Origin: an uncultured bacterium
GTDB lineage: Bacteria; Patescibacteriota; Minisyncoccia; Moranbacterales; GWC2-37-73
Assembly (NCBI GenBank): GCA_903824515.1
Contig: CAIJXA010000041.1
Location: forward strand, 1-47,304
DNA length: 47,304 bases
Direction: 5' to 3'
Numbering within the stretch: the stretch's first letter is position 1; each line of letters begins with the position of its first letter. This document shows, piece by piece, positions 8,783 through 17,644 of the stretch. A program made the position numbers and the translations under genes. Below the pieces are notes generated by a model that was not told the origin of the DNA, made no database searches, and saw nothing but the letters and a program-made list of their open reading frames with translations.

Positions 8783-9187
8783 ATGAAGCAGGCAGACAGC
8801 AAACGAATTATTTTTCTTCCGACCTTAAAAGGCAGGATTTCTAAGAATGCTCAATTTGCAAAATTAGATCAATTACTGGTTACTGACGATCAAGTACATA
8901 TTGCTCTGGATTGTGATTCTGCTGATCGGGGGGTGGCGAATTTTTTCAAACATATTCTTGATGAAAAAGCCAACCATATTCTCATTACCATTATCATAGG
9001 AAGGTCAAAGAAAAAAGAAAAAGAATTGTTTAGTCTAATATCGGACAAGGCCTGGGAAATAACAAAAGCTTCAAATTTCAAAAAGATAATCTACATTGGT
9101 CATCAGTGTTCTTATAGCGAAGCATATCTTGTTGGCAAGTTATTGGACAATTTATTCAAGCAACCCCAGCAAATGGTTCATGGCTAA
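8783..9187 (+). CDS. Hypothetical protein
   Basis: 134-aa ORF with GGGGGA 6 nt upstream of the ATG and a terminator directly downstream. Confidence 0.7.
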   Translation: MKQADSKRIIFLPTLKGRISKNAQFAKLDQLLVTDDQVHIALDCDSADRGVANFFKHILDEKANHILITIIIGRSKKKEKELFSLISDKAWEITKASNFKKIIYIGHQCSYSEAYLVGKLLDNLFKQPQQMVHG

Positions 9188-9190
9188 CAC

Positions 9191-9236
9191 AAAGAGGCAG
9201 CAGCTTTTTCATAAGCACTGCCTCTTTATATTTTTG
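9191..9236 (+). terminator. Rho-independent terminator
   Basis: aaagaggcag (9191-9200) pairs with ctgcctcttt (9218-9227), followed by atattttt. Confidence 0.6.
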
Positions 9237-9311
9237 TACAAGTATACTATGATTAAGTTAGTACTTGGTGATAATGGTAGGATTGTATAATTTTGTAAGT
9301 TTAAAAGTTTT

Positions 9312-9857
9312 ATGGAAATTATAAAACAAAGTTTAAACGGTGCTTGCCTTGTTAGTCTTAAGGTTTTTCAAGATGAGCGGGGCTTTTTCACGGAGACTTA
9401 TTCGAAAAAGAAATTTGCCGAGCTTGGAATTGAAGCTGATTTTGTGCAGGACAATCATTCCATGTCAGTTACCAAAGGCGTGCTGCGTGGACTCCATTTT
9501 CAAGATCCGCCTCACACTCAAGCGAAATTAGTCAGAGTGACCAAGGGCGCAGCCTATGATGTGATTGTGGATCTGCGCAAAGATTCGCCAACTTTTGGGC
9601 AATGGGAAGGTTTTGAACTGACTGACAACAATCACTTGATGCTTTTTGTGCCGCGAGGCTTTGCCCATGGTTTTTGCACTTTGGAAGACTACACAGAATT
9701 TCAATATAAGTGTGACAACTATTACGCTCCTGAAAGTGAGCACTCAATTATTTGGAACGACCCGACTTTGAAAATCTATTGGCCGCTGGAAAATCCGATT
9801 TTGTCTGACAAAGATTCCAAGGCGCTGACGTTTAAGGAATTTAATTCACCATTCTAA
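9312..9857 (+). CDS. rfbC: dTDP-4-dehydrorhamnose 3,5-epimerase
   Basis: RGFFTETY, GVLRGLHFQ, QAKLVRVTKGAAYDVIVDLRKDSPTFGQW and PRGFAHGF match the RmlC cupin signatures. Confidence 0.95.
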   Translation: MEIIKQSLNGACLVSLKVFQDERGFFTETYSKKKFAELGIEADFVQDNHSMSVTKGVLRGLHFQDPPHTQAKLVRVTKGAAYDVIVDLRKDSPTFGQWEGFELTDNNHLMLFVPRGFAHGFCTLEDYTEFQYKCDNYYAPESEHSIIWNDPTLKIYWPLENPILSDKDSKALTFKEFNSPF

Positions 9858-9947
9858 TTCTATGTATGGGGTATCTTGTATTATGTATAATGTATAAAAA
9901 TGCATTCAATACTCAATACATGATACAAAATACATTATACATAATAC

Positions 9948-10952
9948 ATGAAACTACTAATTACCGGCGGTGCAGGATTCATTGGATCCAATTTTGTCCA
10001 TCACATTCTCAAAACTTATCCAGACTATGAAATCATCAATCTGGACGCTTTAACTTACGCTGGCAACTTGGAAAATCTCAAGGATTTTGACAATGAACCC
10101 AGGTATACCTTTGTGAAAGGGGATATTTGCGACAAAGCCTTGGTTGAGGAATTGGTTGCGAAAGTCGACATAGTCGTGCATTTTGCAGCCGAATCGCACG
10201 TAGACCGCTCTATTTTTGACTCAGAGGCCTTTGTGCGCACAAATGTGATTGGAACCCACACCCTTTTGGAGGCGGCCAGAAAGGCAGGAAATAAGCGTTT
10301 CCACCATGTTTCCACAGATGAGGTTTTTGGGTCTTTAGGTGCCGACGAGGCACCCTTTTCCGAAATCACCCCCTATGATCCTCGCAGCCCCTATAGCGCC
10401 TCCAAAGCAGGCTCTGATCACCTAGTTAGGGCTTATTTTCACACCCACAACCTGCCAATCACAATTTCTAATTGTTCAAATAACTACGGCCCGTATCATT
10501 TCCCCGAAAAACTGATTCCGCTAATCATCACTAATTTGATCGAAGGTAAAGAAATTCCAATTTACGGAGATGGCTTGCAAGTACGTGATTGGCTCTATGT
10601 CGAAGACCACTGTAAGGCGATTGACCTGATTATTCATCAGGGAAAAATTGGAGAGACTTATTGCGTTGGCGGTGCCAGTGAAAAACCAAATCTTGAAATT
10701 GCCAAAGCTATTTTGAAATTGCTTGGCAAAGATGAAGGCTTGATCAAATATGTGCAAGATCGCAAAGGGCACGACCGAAGATATGCCATCGATTTTTCCA
10801 AAATCAAAAGCCAGCTTGGCTGGGAGCCGCAAGTGACTTTCGAAGAGGGTCTGCAAAAAACCGTCGCTTGGTTTTTGGAAAATGAAGCTTGGTGGAAGAA
10901 TGTCAGGAGTGGACAATATCAAGAGTATTATAATCAGCAATACAAAAAATGA
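9948..10952 (+). CDS. rfbB: dTDP-glucose 4,6-dehydratase
   Basis: MKLLITGGAGFIGSNF Rossmann motif, HFAAESHVDRS, YSASKAGSDHLVRAY (YxxxK). 334 aa. Confidence 0.95.
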   Translation: MKLLITGGAGFIGSNFVHHILKTYPDYEIINLDALTYAGNLENLKDFDNEPRYTFVKGDICDKALVEELVAKVDIVVHFAAESHVDRSIFDSEAFVRTNVIGTHTLLEAARKAGNKRFHHVSTDEVFGSLGADEAPFSEITPYDPRSPYSASKAGSDHLVRAYFHTHNLPITISNCSNNYGPYHFPEKLIPLIITNLIEGKEIPIYGDGLQVRDWLYVEDHCKAIDLIIHQGKIGETYCVGGASEKPNLEIAKAILKLLGKDEGLIKYVQDRKGHDRRYAIDFSKIKSQLGWEPQVTFEEGLQKTVAWFLENEAWWKNVRSGQYQEYYNQQYKK

Positions 10953-11626
10953 AACACGAAATTCTTTTAAGTTTAACAACAACGCCAGGGTCAGATTGGC
11001 AAGCAAAAATAGAGGAGATGAAAAAGTTTGGAATCAAAAAGATTGCACTTTTTCCAACATTTTTCAATATTGAAAAACGCAGGGAGTTGTATGCTTTGCT
11101 TGAAACCATTGAAGATTTGGAAATTCCACATATCCATCTTCGCGATGATATGGAAGATTGGGAGTTTGAACTTTTTGAGAACAAATACAAAACCCAACTA
11201 TACAATGTGCATATTAGTCACGTGCAAGTTGCGACTTATCAAAAATATATGTCCAAGATATATGTCGAGAACCACCACTGCCTGCTTCCGATTGACGTGA
11301 TTGATAATTGCGCCGGAATATGCCTTGATGCTGCGCATCTTGAGTCTTCAAGAATTCGCAGGCGGCCGGAATATGAACAAATCATGAGTGTGCTGGAAAA
11401 ATATCCCGTTGGTTGTTGCCATATTTCAGCTTTCAATAACAATTTTTTCAACATAAAAAACTATTACATTGGGTTTGACAGGCACTATATGGAAAAATTG
11501 GGATGCCTTGATTATGTCGAAAAATATACACAATTTTTGCCGTATTATATTAGTTTGGAATTAGAAAACTCTTTCGAGCAACAATTGCAAGCCAAGGAAT
11601 ATTTAGAAAACATTTTAAGCAAGTAA
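10949..11626 (+). CDS. Hypothetical protein, possibly a xylose-isomerase-like TIM-barrel
   Basis: 225-aa ORF overlapping the rfbB stop (ATGA). Spaced E/D/H/E candidates (YVENHH, CLDAAHL, CCHISA, SLELEN) are only suggestive of the fold. Confidence 0.7.
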   Translation: MKHEILLSLTTTPGSDWQAKIEEMKKFGIKKIALFPTFFNIEKRRELYALLETIEDLEIPHIHLRDDMEDWEFELFENKYKTQLYNVHISHVQVATYQKYMSKIYVENHHCLLPIDVIDNCAGICLDAAHLESSRIRRRPEYEQIMSVLEKYPVGCCHISAFNNNFFNIKNYYIGFDRHYMEKLGCLDYVEKYTQFLPYYISLELENSFEQQLQAKEYLENILSK

Positions 11627-11636
11627 ACAAGAATAT

Positions 11637-13355
11637 ATGTCTAGAAAAATCTTTCCGATAATGTTTGTGGTAATGTTTTTTCTTTCTACCAAAACTTCTT
11701 TGGCTCGTGAAAACGTCACGGATTGGTATATCAAAAATTTTGATTCTCAAATTACTGCCAATAAAGATTCGTCCCTAGACATCACGGAGACCATTACGGC
11801 TGATTGCGGAACAGGAATTGATAAACACGGCATCTTTCGAATTTTGCCAACCAGAATTGATATTGCCGGAAAAAAAGTCCGGATGCCAGTTGAGCTTTTG
11901 AGCATTACCAACGAGAAAGGCCGAGCTTATCAATATCAAACTATCAATAATTCAGCCGATGGCACCGTGACTTGGAAAATAGGCGACGCAAAAACGACAG
12001 TGCAGGGAGTCAATGTCTACGTGATTCACTATCAAGTGAAAAACGTAATTCGTTTTGACAATCAAAAATTTGACGAACTTTATTGGAATCTCAGTGGAAA
12101 TTTTTGGGATTTACAAATTGACAAATTTCACGTCGAGATTAAATTTCCTGAGGAAATAACTCAGCAAAATGCTACGGTGGACTATTACACGGGCAGCTCT
12201 GGTTCCAAAGAAAAAAACTTGGCAACTTTCAAGTGGAGCAATTCAAACATCTTGGAATTTAACTTGACTGGAACTTTACTTCAAAAACAAGGCATCACAG
12301 CCTCGGTCATTTTTCCTAAAAATATTTTTATCGAGTATGCGCCAAGTTTTTGGGATTTGTATGGCAGATTTTTTTTCTTTCTGATTCCAGTTGACGTCTT
12401 TGCAATTGTTTTTTCACTTTGGAAAAAATATGGCAAAGATCCAGTGGTCAACAAAACTATCATTGCGGAGTATGAAATTCCTGAAAAACTTTCTCCGCTT
12501 GAAGCCGGGATGCTGCAGAAAAGTGGTGGTTTTGACAACACTTTTGTCACGGCGGAAATAATTTGGTTGGCCAGTCGAGGACTTGTCACGATCAAAGAAA
12601 TTGAAAATAAAATCTTGTTTTTTTCCCGCAAAGACTACGAGCTGACAAAAAATGACAAACCGGAAATTGAAATTGCTCTCAATGACGCACAGAAAAAAAT
12701 TCTGGAAAATGTTTTTGAAGATGGAAACGCGATTATGCTTTCAAGTTTGAAAAATTCTTTTTACAAAAACATCAGCAAAATCAGTGAGGCCGGCAAAAAT
12801 ATATTGAAAACTAAAGGTTTAATTTTGACTACTGGATCCAATATTGGGATTGGTTTTATAATACTGGGGGTCGCTTGTGGATTTATGGTATTTTCTGTTT
12901 TAGCTAGTTCAGTTTTTCTCGCCATAAGTTTAATTATTTGTGCTTTGATTCTGATTGGTTTTGGACTGTTGATGCCGAAGCGAACAAAAAAGGGCGCCGA
13001 ACTTAATTGGCAAATTAAAGGCTTTAAACTTTTCATGGAAACTGTTGACAAAGATCGGGCTGTTTTTTATGAAAAAGAAAATATTTTTGAAAAATGTTTG
13101 CCGTATGCGATTTTGTTTGGCATGACAAAGATGTGGATCAAGAAAATGCAGGAAATTTATGGAGCGGAGTATTTTGCCAATCACGTGCCAATTTGGTATG
13201 TCGGCAATCTTTCAACTTTCAATGCTGATAGCTTTGCCAGCGCCATGGACAGTCTCTCAGCTGGCATCGCTGCTTCAACTTCTGCGCCTTCCGGCTCCGG
13301 TGGCGCTGGTTCATCCGGCGGTGGAGGCGGCGGAGGCGGTGGCGGAGGCTGGTGA
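11637..13355 (+). CDS. DUF2207 family membrane protein
   Basis: Signal peptide, ~230-aa extracytoplasmic domain, several TM segments, and the characteristic Gly-rich tail SGSGGAGSSGGGGGGGGGGGW. Confidence 0.85.
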   Translation: MSRKIFPIMFVVMFFLSTKTSLARENVTDWYIKNFDSQITANKDSSLDITETITADCGTGIDKHGIFRILPTRIDIAGKKVRMPVELLSITNEKGRAYQYQTINNSADGTVTWKIGDAKTTVQGVNVYVIHYQVKNVIRFDNQKFDELYWNLSGNFWDLQIDKFHVEIKFPEEITQQNATVDYYTGSSGSKEKNLATFKWSNSNILEFNLTGTLLQKQGITASVIFPKNIFIEYAPSFWDLYGRFFFFLIPVDVFAIVFSLWKKYGKDPVVNKTIIAEYEIPEKLSPLEAGMLQKSGGFDNTFVTAEIIWLASRGLVTIKEIENKILFFSRKDYELTKNDKPEIEIALNDAQKKILENVFEDGNAIMLSSLKNSFYKNISKISEAGKNILKTKGLILTTGSNIGIGFIILGVACGFMVFSVLASSVFLAISLIICALILIGFGLLMPKRTKKGAELNWQIKGFKLFMETVDKDRAVFYEKENIFEKCLPYAILFGMTKMWIKKMQEIYGAEYFANHVPIWYVGNLSTFNADSFASAMDSLSAGIAASTSAPSGSGGAGSSGGGGGGGGGGGW

Positions 13356-13395
13356 TCTGCACAAACTCAGTAAGCTTCTTTTATGATTAGCTATG

Positions 13396-13440
13396 AAAAA
13401 ACTCGTTACAATATTTCAGTATATTGTAACGAGTTTTTGT
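13396..13440. terminator. Bidirectional-looking terminator hairpin
   Basis: actcgttacaatat (13401-13414) pairs with atattgtaacgagt (13421-13434). It is flanked by aaaaa upstream and ttttt downstream. Confidence 0.6.
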
Positions 13441-13531
13441 ATTGGACTTTTTTTGACAGGTCTGTTTTAATATAAGCACAAATAGTTATTTAATTTTTTA
13501 ATAATCAAGACTTCTTTGGAGGTTTTTATGG

Positions 13532-13831
13532 ATGATGTTTTGTCAGGTAAAATTCCAAGTAAGACAGAAGCATTCGAAAGAGAATGTAGAGAAAAAAGGA
13601 TTGATAAGGTATGGCGAGGTTAAAGCATATCGCAAGCCTATTAAAGAGGAAGAACCTGCCCTTGTTTTTGAATGCAGGATTTGTGGTTGCAAAACTTACA
13701 AATCAAATAATAAAAGCAATGGTGTTTGTGGACCAGGGAGTCATTCTTCGGTATTATTCTATTATTGCGATGGATGCAGTTGTATTTTTCAAAATCCTGA
13801 AAAATTTTCTATTGCTAACAAAAAACCATAA
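13532..13831 (+). CDS. Small Cys-rich zinc-ribbon-like protein
   Basis: 99-aa ORF with GGAGG at 13518-13522. CRICGC ... CGPG ... CDGCSC paired-Cys motifs. Confidence 0.6.
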   Translation: MMFCQVKFQVRQKHSKENVEKKGLIRYGEVKAYRKPIKEEEPALVFECRICGCKTYKSNNKSNGVCGPGSHSSVLFYYCDGCSCIFQNPEKFSIANKKP

Positions 13832-13842
13832 GGTGGTGAACT

Positions 13843-13968
13843 GTGAAGAGTGGTTATTCTAGGCAACTCATTATTTGGTTAGCGGTATGTACGCTAGCCG
13901 TTGTATTATTGCCCTTTCATATAATGCGCTTTGGCCCCAGAAGCTTATCTAAGCATTCTAAGGAATAA
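13843..13968 (+). CDS. Possible 41-aa single-TM microprotein (below the ORF-track cutoff)
   Basis: AGGTGG at 13831-13836, 6 nt before GTG 13843. Translation (M)KSGYSRQLIIWLAVCTLAVVLLPFHIMRFGPRSLSKHSKE has a hydrophobic core. The terminator lies 22 nt after the stop. Confidence 0.3.
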   Translation: MKSGYSRQLIIWLAVCTLAVVLLPFHIMRFGPRSLSKHSKE

Positions 13969-13989
13969 TAATACAACATGATTTATTAA

Positions 13990-14019
13990 GACGGCATCTT
14001 TGAGATGCCGTCATTTTTT
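13990..14019 (+). terminator. Rho-independent terminator
   Basis: gacggcatc-tttga-gatgccgtc followed by attttttc. Confidence 0.7.
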
Positions 14020-14122
14020 CTTTCTAGTGGACAAAATGCTCATTTTTTGCAACAATGGAGGAACTCTATACAAAATTGATTTCAAATTTAAAATTTCAAA
14101 TTTAAAATTCAACAATATCTAT

Positions 14123-15055
14123 ATGCAAAAAGTTTTAATAATTGGGGCCAAGGGAATGCTTGGGCAAGAGTTGGTCAATATCTTCAGGGGTGACAAAGAT
14201 TACAAGGTGACCGCTTGGGATTTTGACAAAATTGATGTTACAGACGAAACGCAAGTCAAAGAAAAAATCGGCAAACTTTCGCCAAGCGTCATTATCAATG
14301 CAACTGGATATAACGCAGTTGATTTGTGCGAGAAAGACAAGGCTGAATTTGAAAAGGCCAAAAAATTGAACAGCAAAGCGCCTGGGTATTTAGCTAAGCT
14401 AGCTAAAAAATTAGATGCGACTTTAGTGCATTATTCCACGGACTACGTTTTTTCTGGTATGCCCGAGCTTCCCGAACCAGCTGGTTGCGGAGGTGCTTGC
14501 AGTTCTTGCAGCTTGCATGAAGGTTTTGTGCCGCAGCTTGGTTTTGATGAAAATGCCATTGCTGAACCGGTGCAAAAATATGGTAAAACGAAATTGATGG
14601 GCGAAGAAAGTGTTCAACGAAATGGCGAGAAATTTTATATCATACGACTCTCAAAACTTTTCGGCAAACCGGCTAAATCAAAGACGGCTAAAAAAAGCTT
14701 CTTTGATGTGATGTTAGAAGTGGGCAAAAAAAATACTGAGGTCAAAGTGGTTGATGAAGAAACAAGCTGTTTTACTTATGCTCCGGACTTGGCCAAGAAG
14801 ACAAAGGAAATTATTGAGGCCAATAAGCCTTTTGGAATTTATCATGTTGCCAATGAAGGCGCTTGCACATGGTATGAAGCAGTTGTAGAATTGTATCGGA
14901 TGGCCAAGATCAAAACCAAGGTCATTCCGGTTTCCAGTGACGAATTTCCCCGACCAGCCCAACGACCTTATGTTTCGACTTTAATCAACACTCGGCTCAA
15001 CCCAATGCGAAGTTACAAATTGGCCTTAAGAGAATATTTGAAAAATACAAAATAA
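14123..15055 (+). CDS. rfbD: dTDP-4-dehydrorhamnose reductase (with an internal Cys-rich insertion)
   Basis: MQKVLIIGAKGMLGQEL Rossmann start, HYSTDYVFSG and YGKTKLMGE (YxxxK). Start set at ATG 14123 because the longer ORF (from 14000) begins inside the upstream terminator. Confidence 0.9.
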   Translation: MQKVLIIGAKGMLGQELVNIFRGDKDYKVTAWDFDKIDVTDETQVKEKIGKLSPSVIINATGYNAVDLCEKDKAEFEKAKKLNSKAPGYLAKLAKKLDATLVHYSTDYVFSGMPELPEPAGCGGACSSCSLHEGFVPQLGFDENAIAEPVQKYGKTKLMGEESVQRNGEKFYIIRLSKLFGKPAKSKTAKKSFFDVMLEVGKKNTEVKVVDEETSCFTYAPDLAKKTKEIIEANKPFGIYHVANEGACTWYEAVVELYRMAKIKTKVIPVSSDEFPRPAQRPYVSTLINTRLNPMRSYKLALREYLKNTK

Positions 15056-15059
15056 ATTT

Positions 15060-15146
15060 TGTCATGCTGAACTTGTTTCAGCATCTTGGTTACAGGAAGT
15101 TATGTGAAACAAAGAAAGCGGATTCTGAAAAGAGTTCAGAATGACA
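15060..15146. repeat. Twin-hairpin palindromic element
   Basis: The ends tgtcatgctgaac (15060-15072) and gttcagaatgaca (15134-15146) are inverted repeats. Each end is itself a hairpin: atgctgaa-cttgt-ttcagcat and attctgaa-aagag-ttcagaat. Confidence 0.5.
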
Positions 15147-15181
15147 TGATTTTTACGCTAAATATTTTCTAATGTAATTCT

Positions 15182-15418
15182 ATGAAAAAACTAGATGGTG
15201 CTAATATGGATATTGATTTGGTTTCCGGAGATAAAACTTCTTGGAAACAGATGAAATGCCCTTGGAATGAAAAGGAATGTAGCAATACTCATAAATGTGC
15301 AGTAAAAAACATTTCTATCTGTGATTACTTTTGTGGTATTGAATACTTAGATAATGTTGTATGTTGTTATCCTGAAAAAAATATACTTGTAGATAATAAA
15401 AAATCTAACAAAAAATAA
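15182..15418 (+). CDS. Small Cys-rich hypothetical protein
   Basis: 78 aa with 8 Cys ([14 protein letters not shown] ... CDYFC ... CC). Its stop is 4 nt before the glyA ATG. Confidence 0.6.
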   Translation: MKKLDGANMDIDLVSGDKTSWKQMKCPWNEKECSNTHKCAVKNISICDYFCGIEYLDNVVCCYPEKNILVDNKKSNKK

Positions 15419-15422
15419 TAGC

Positions 15423-16661
15423 ATGGAGTTAAAAAAACAAGACAAGCAAATATATTCAGCCATTACTGGTGAAATCAAACGTCAGCAAGAGGGAATGGAG
15501 CTGATTGCCAGTGAAAACTATGTTTCTAGGGCTGTGCTAGAAGCGCTTGGCAGTGTTTTCACGAACAAATATTCCGAGGGTTATCCGGGCAAACGATACT
15601 ATGGCGGGCAGGATTTTACTGATGTAGTTGAAACCCTGGCAATTGAGCGAGCCAAGAAAATTTTTGGCGCCGAGCACGTCAATGTGCAGCCGCATTCCGG
15701 TGCACCAGCCAACATGATTGCCTATAACGCAGTCCTGCAACCAGGCGACACTGTGCTGGGCATGGATCTTTCGCATGGGGGACATTTGACTCATGGTCAT
15801 CCTTTGACACTTTCAGCTCAGATATATAATTTTGTTGGCTATAAGACAAATCAGGCTGGAGAAATTGACTACGAACAATTGGAGAAATTAGCGCTTAAGC
15901 ATAAACCAAAATTGATTCTGGCTGGCTTTTCCGCCTATACGCGTCAACTTGACTACAAAAAATTTCAGGCAATCGCCAAAAAAGTCGGAGCTATCTCCAT
16001 GTTCGATATTGCTCATATTGCAGGCTTGATTGCAGGTAAAGCCATTGAAAATCCAGTGCCATATTTTGACATTGTGACGACAACTACCCACAAAACTTTG
16101 CGCGGACCACGTGGTGGAATGATTATGTGCAAACAAGCGTTTGCTAAAGCGATTGACAAATCTGCATTTCCTGGCTTTCAGGGTGGACCGCATATGAACA
16201 ACATTGCTGCCAAGGCCGTGGCATTTGGCGAGGCGCTCAAACCCACTTTTAAGTCATATGCCAAACAAGTCATCAAAAATGCAAAAATTCTTGAAATTGA
16301 ATTGACAAAAAGAGGTTTTAAGCTTATGTTTGGCGGTACCGACTATCACATGGTACTTGTTGACGTGATGGGTAGCAAAGGTGTTACTGGTAAGCAAGCT
16401 GAGTACGCCCTGGATGAAGCAGGTATCACTGTTAACAAAAATATGATTCCAGATGATCCAAGAAGTCCAATGGATCCAAGTGGTATCCGGATTGGCGTGC
16501 AGGCAGTCACATCTCGAGGAATGAAAGAAAAGGAAATCAAGATGATAGCTGGTTGGATTGAAGAAATCATAATTGCGCATAATGACAAAAAAATGCTAAC
16601 CCAAATCAAAAAAAAAGTAACTGCTTTTTGCAAAAAATATCCGATATATCCGAAGGTATAG
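15423..16661 (+). CDS. glyA: Serine hydroxymethyltransferase
   Basis: [20 protein letters not shown] and [14 protein letters not shown] (PLP-Lys motif). Confidence 0.96.
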   Translation: MELKKQDKQIYSAITGEIKRQQEGMELIASENYVSRAVLEALGSVFTNKYSEGYPGKRYYGGQDFTDVVETLAIERAKKIFGAEHVNVQPHSGAPANMIAYNAVLQPGDTVLGMDLSHGGHLTHGHPLTLSAQIYNFVGYKTNQAGEIDYEQLEKLALKHKPKLILAGFSAYTRQLDYKKFQAIAKKVGAISMFDIAHIAGLIAGKAIENPVPYFDIVTTTTHKTLRGPRGGMIMCKQAFAKAIDKSAFPGFQGGPHMNNIAAKAVAFGEALKPTFKSYAKQVIKNAKILEIELTKRGFKLMFGGTDYHMVLVDVMGSKGVTGKQAEYALDEAGITVNKNMIPDDPRSPMDPSGIRIGVQAVTSRGMKEKEIKMIAGWIEEIIIAHNDKKMLTQIKKKVTAFCKKYPIYPKV

Positions 16662-16828
16662 GACATGAAGTACGTATCATGTATGACGTATAAAGTATAA
16701 AGATTTATCCTAACACTAGTGTATTCTAGTAGTGTGCTATGTATAGAAAGTATTTATACATTATACATACTACGAAATACATTATACATAAAATGGGGGA
16801 AGAAACAACAAAACCAAGAAGACGAAAA

Positions 16829-17626
16829 ATGAAAGGGATTGTGCTCGCTGGTGGAACAGCCACGAGGCTTTTTCCGATGACAGCCACAACTTCTAAGCAA
16901 CTTTTGCCAGTTTATGACAGGCAGATGATTTTTTATCCACTTAACACGCTTATTAAAGCTGGTATAAAAAATATTTTGGTAATTGTGGCTCCGGAACATT
17001 CTGGTCAATTTTTAAACCTGCTTGGTTCGCTCTTAAAAAAACACGACATCCATATTACTTTTGAAGTTCAATCAACTCCTAAGGGACTAGCTGAAGCTCT
17101 AACGCTTGGAGAAAATCATATTGGCAGCGATAATGTGGCACTTATTTTGGGTGATAATATTTTTGAAGATGATTTTTCCAAACAAATAAGAAGCTTCAGA
17201 ACCGGTGGGCATATTTTTGCTAAGAAAGTTTCTGATCCTGAGCGTTTTGGAGTGGTTAAATTTAACAAGAATAATAAGGCAATTGAAATAGTTGAAAAAC
17301 CGAAAAATTGGATTAGTGATTATGCTGTGACGGGCCTTTATTTGTTTGATAATGATTGCGTCGAAATTGCAAAAAACATTAAGCCATCAGAAAGAGGTGA
17401 GGTTGAAATTACAGAAGTCAACAAAGCTTATTTAAAAAAGAAAAATCTAGAAGTGACGATATTTGAAGGACAGTGGCTTGATGCAGGAACTCCGGATTCA
17501 CTTTTAGAGGCTAGCGTCATTGTCAAAGAAAAGGGTATCAGCAAAAATTTTCACCCAATTCTTGATCAGGCAATTAGCGAGTTTAGTGAGGAATTAAAAA
17601 TTCTTAGCAAGAAAAAATTAAATTAA
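16829..17626 (+). CDS. rfbA: Glucose-1-phosphate thymidylyltransferase
   Basis: MKGIVLAGGTATRLFPMT is the canonical N-terminus, and LGDNIF is present. In-frame upstream ATGs at 16793 and 16739 would add a non-conserved extension, so the start is uncertain. Confidence 0.88.
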   Translation: MKGIVLAGGTATRLFPMTATTSKQLLPVYDRQMIFYPLNTLIKAGIKNILVIVAPEHSGQFLNLLGSLLKKHDIHITFEVQSTPKGLAEALTLGENHIGSDNVALILGDNIFEDDFSKQIRSFRTGGHIFAKKVSDPERFGVVKFNKNNKAIEIVEKPKNWISDYAVTGLYLFDNDCVEIAKNIKPSERGEVEITEVNKAYLKKKNLEVTIFEGQWLDAGTPDSLLEASVIVKEKGISKNFHPILDQAISEFSEELKILSKKKLN

Positions 17627-17644
17627 ACATTTATACATAAAATA

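Noticed and set aside
13528-13623. Alternative 31-codon frame starting at ATG 13528, which would join the zinc-ribbon frame if the A6 run at ~13589 were one base shorter (possible frameshift)
   Set aside because: The GGAGG site is equally compatible with ATG 13532 (9-nt spacing), which gives an uninterrupted 99-aa ORF. There is no need to invoke a frameshift without read evidence.
14000-14122. Long N-terminal extensions offered by the ORF track for rfbD (14000), rfbA (16739), rpmA (23013), Rrf2 (31038), gltX (37674), TagA-like (38338) and the receiver protein (44715)
   Set aside because: The extensions are non-conserved and overlap terminators, promoters or the upstream gene. In every case an internal ATG reproduces the canonical family N-terminus.
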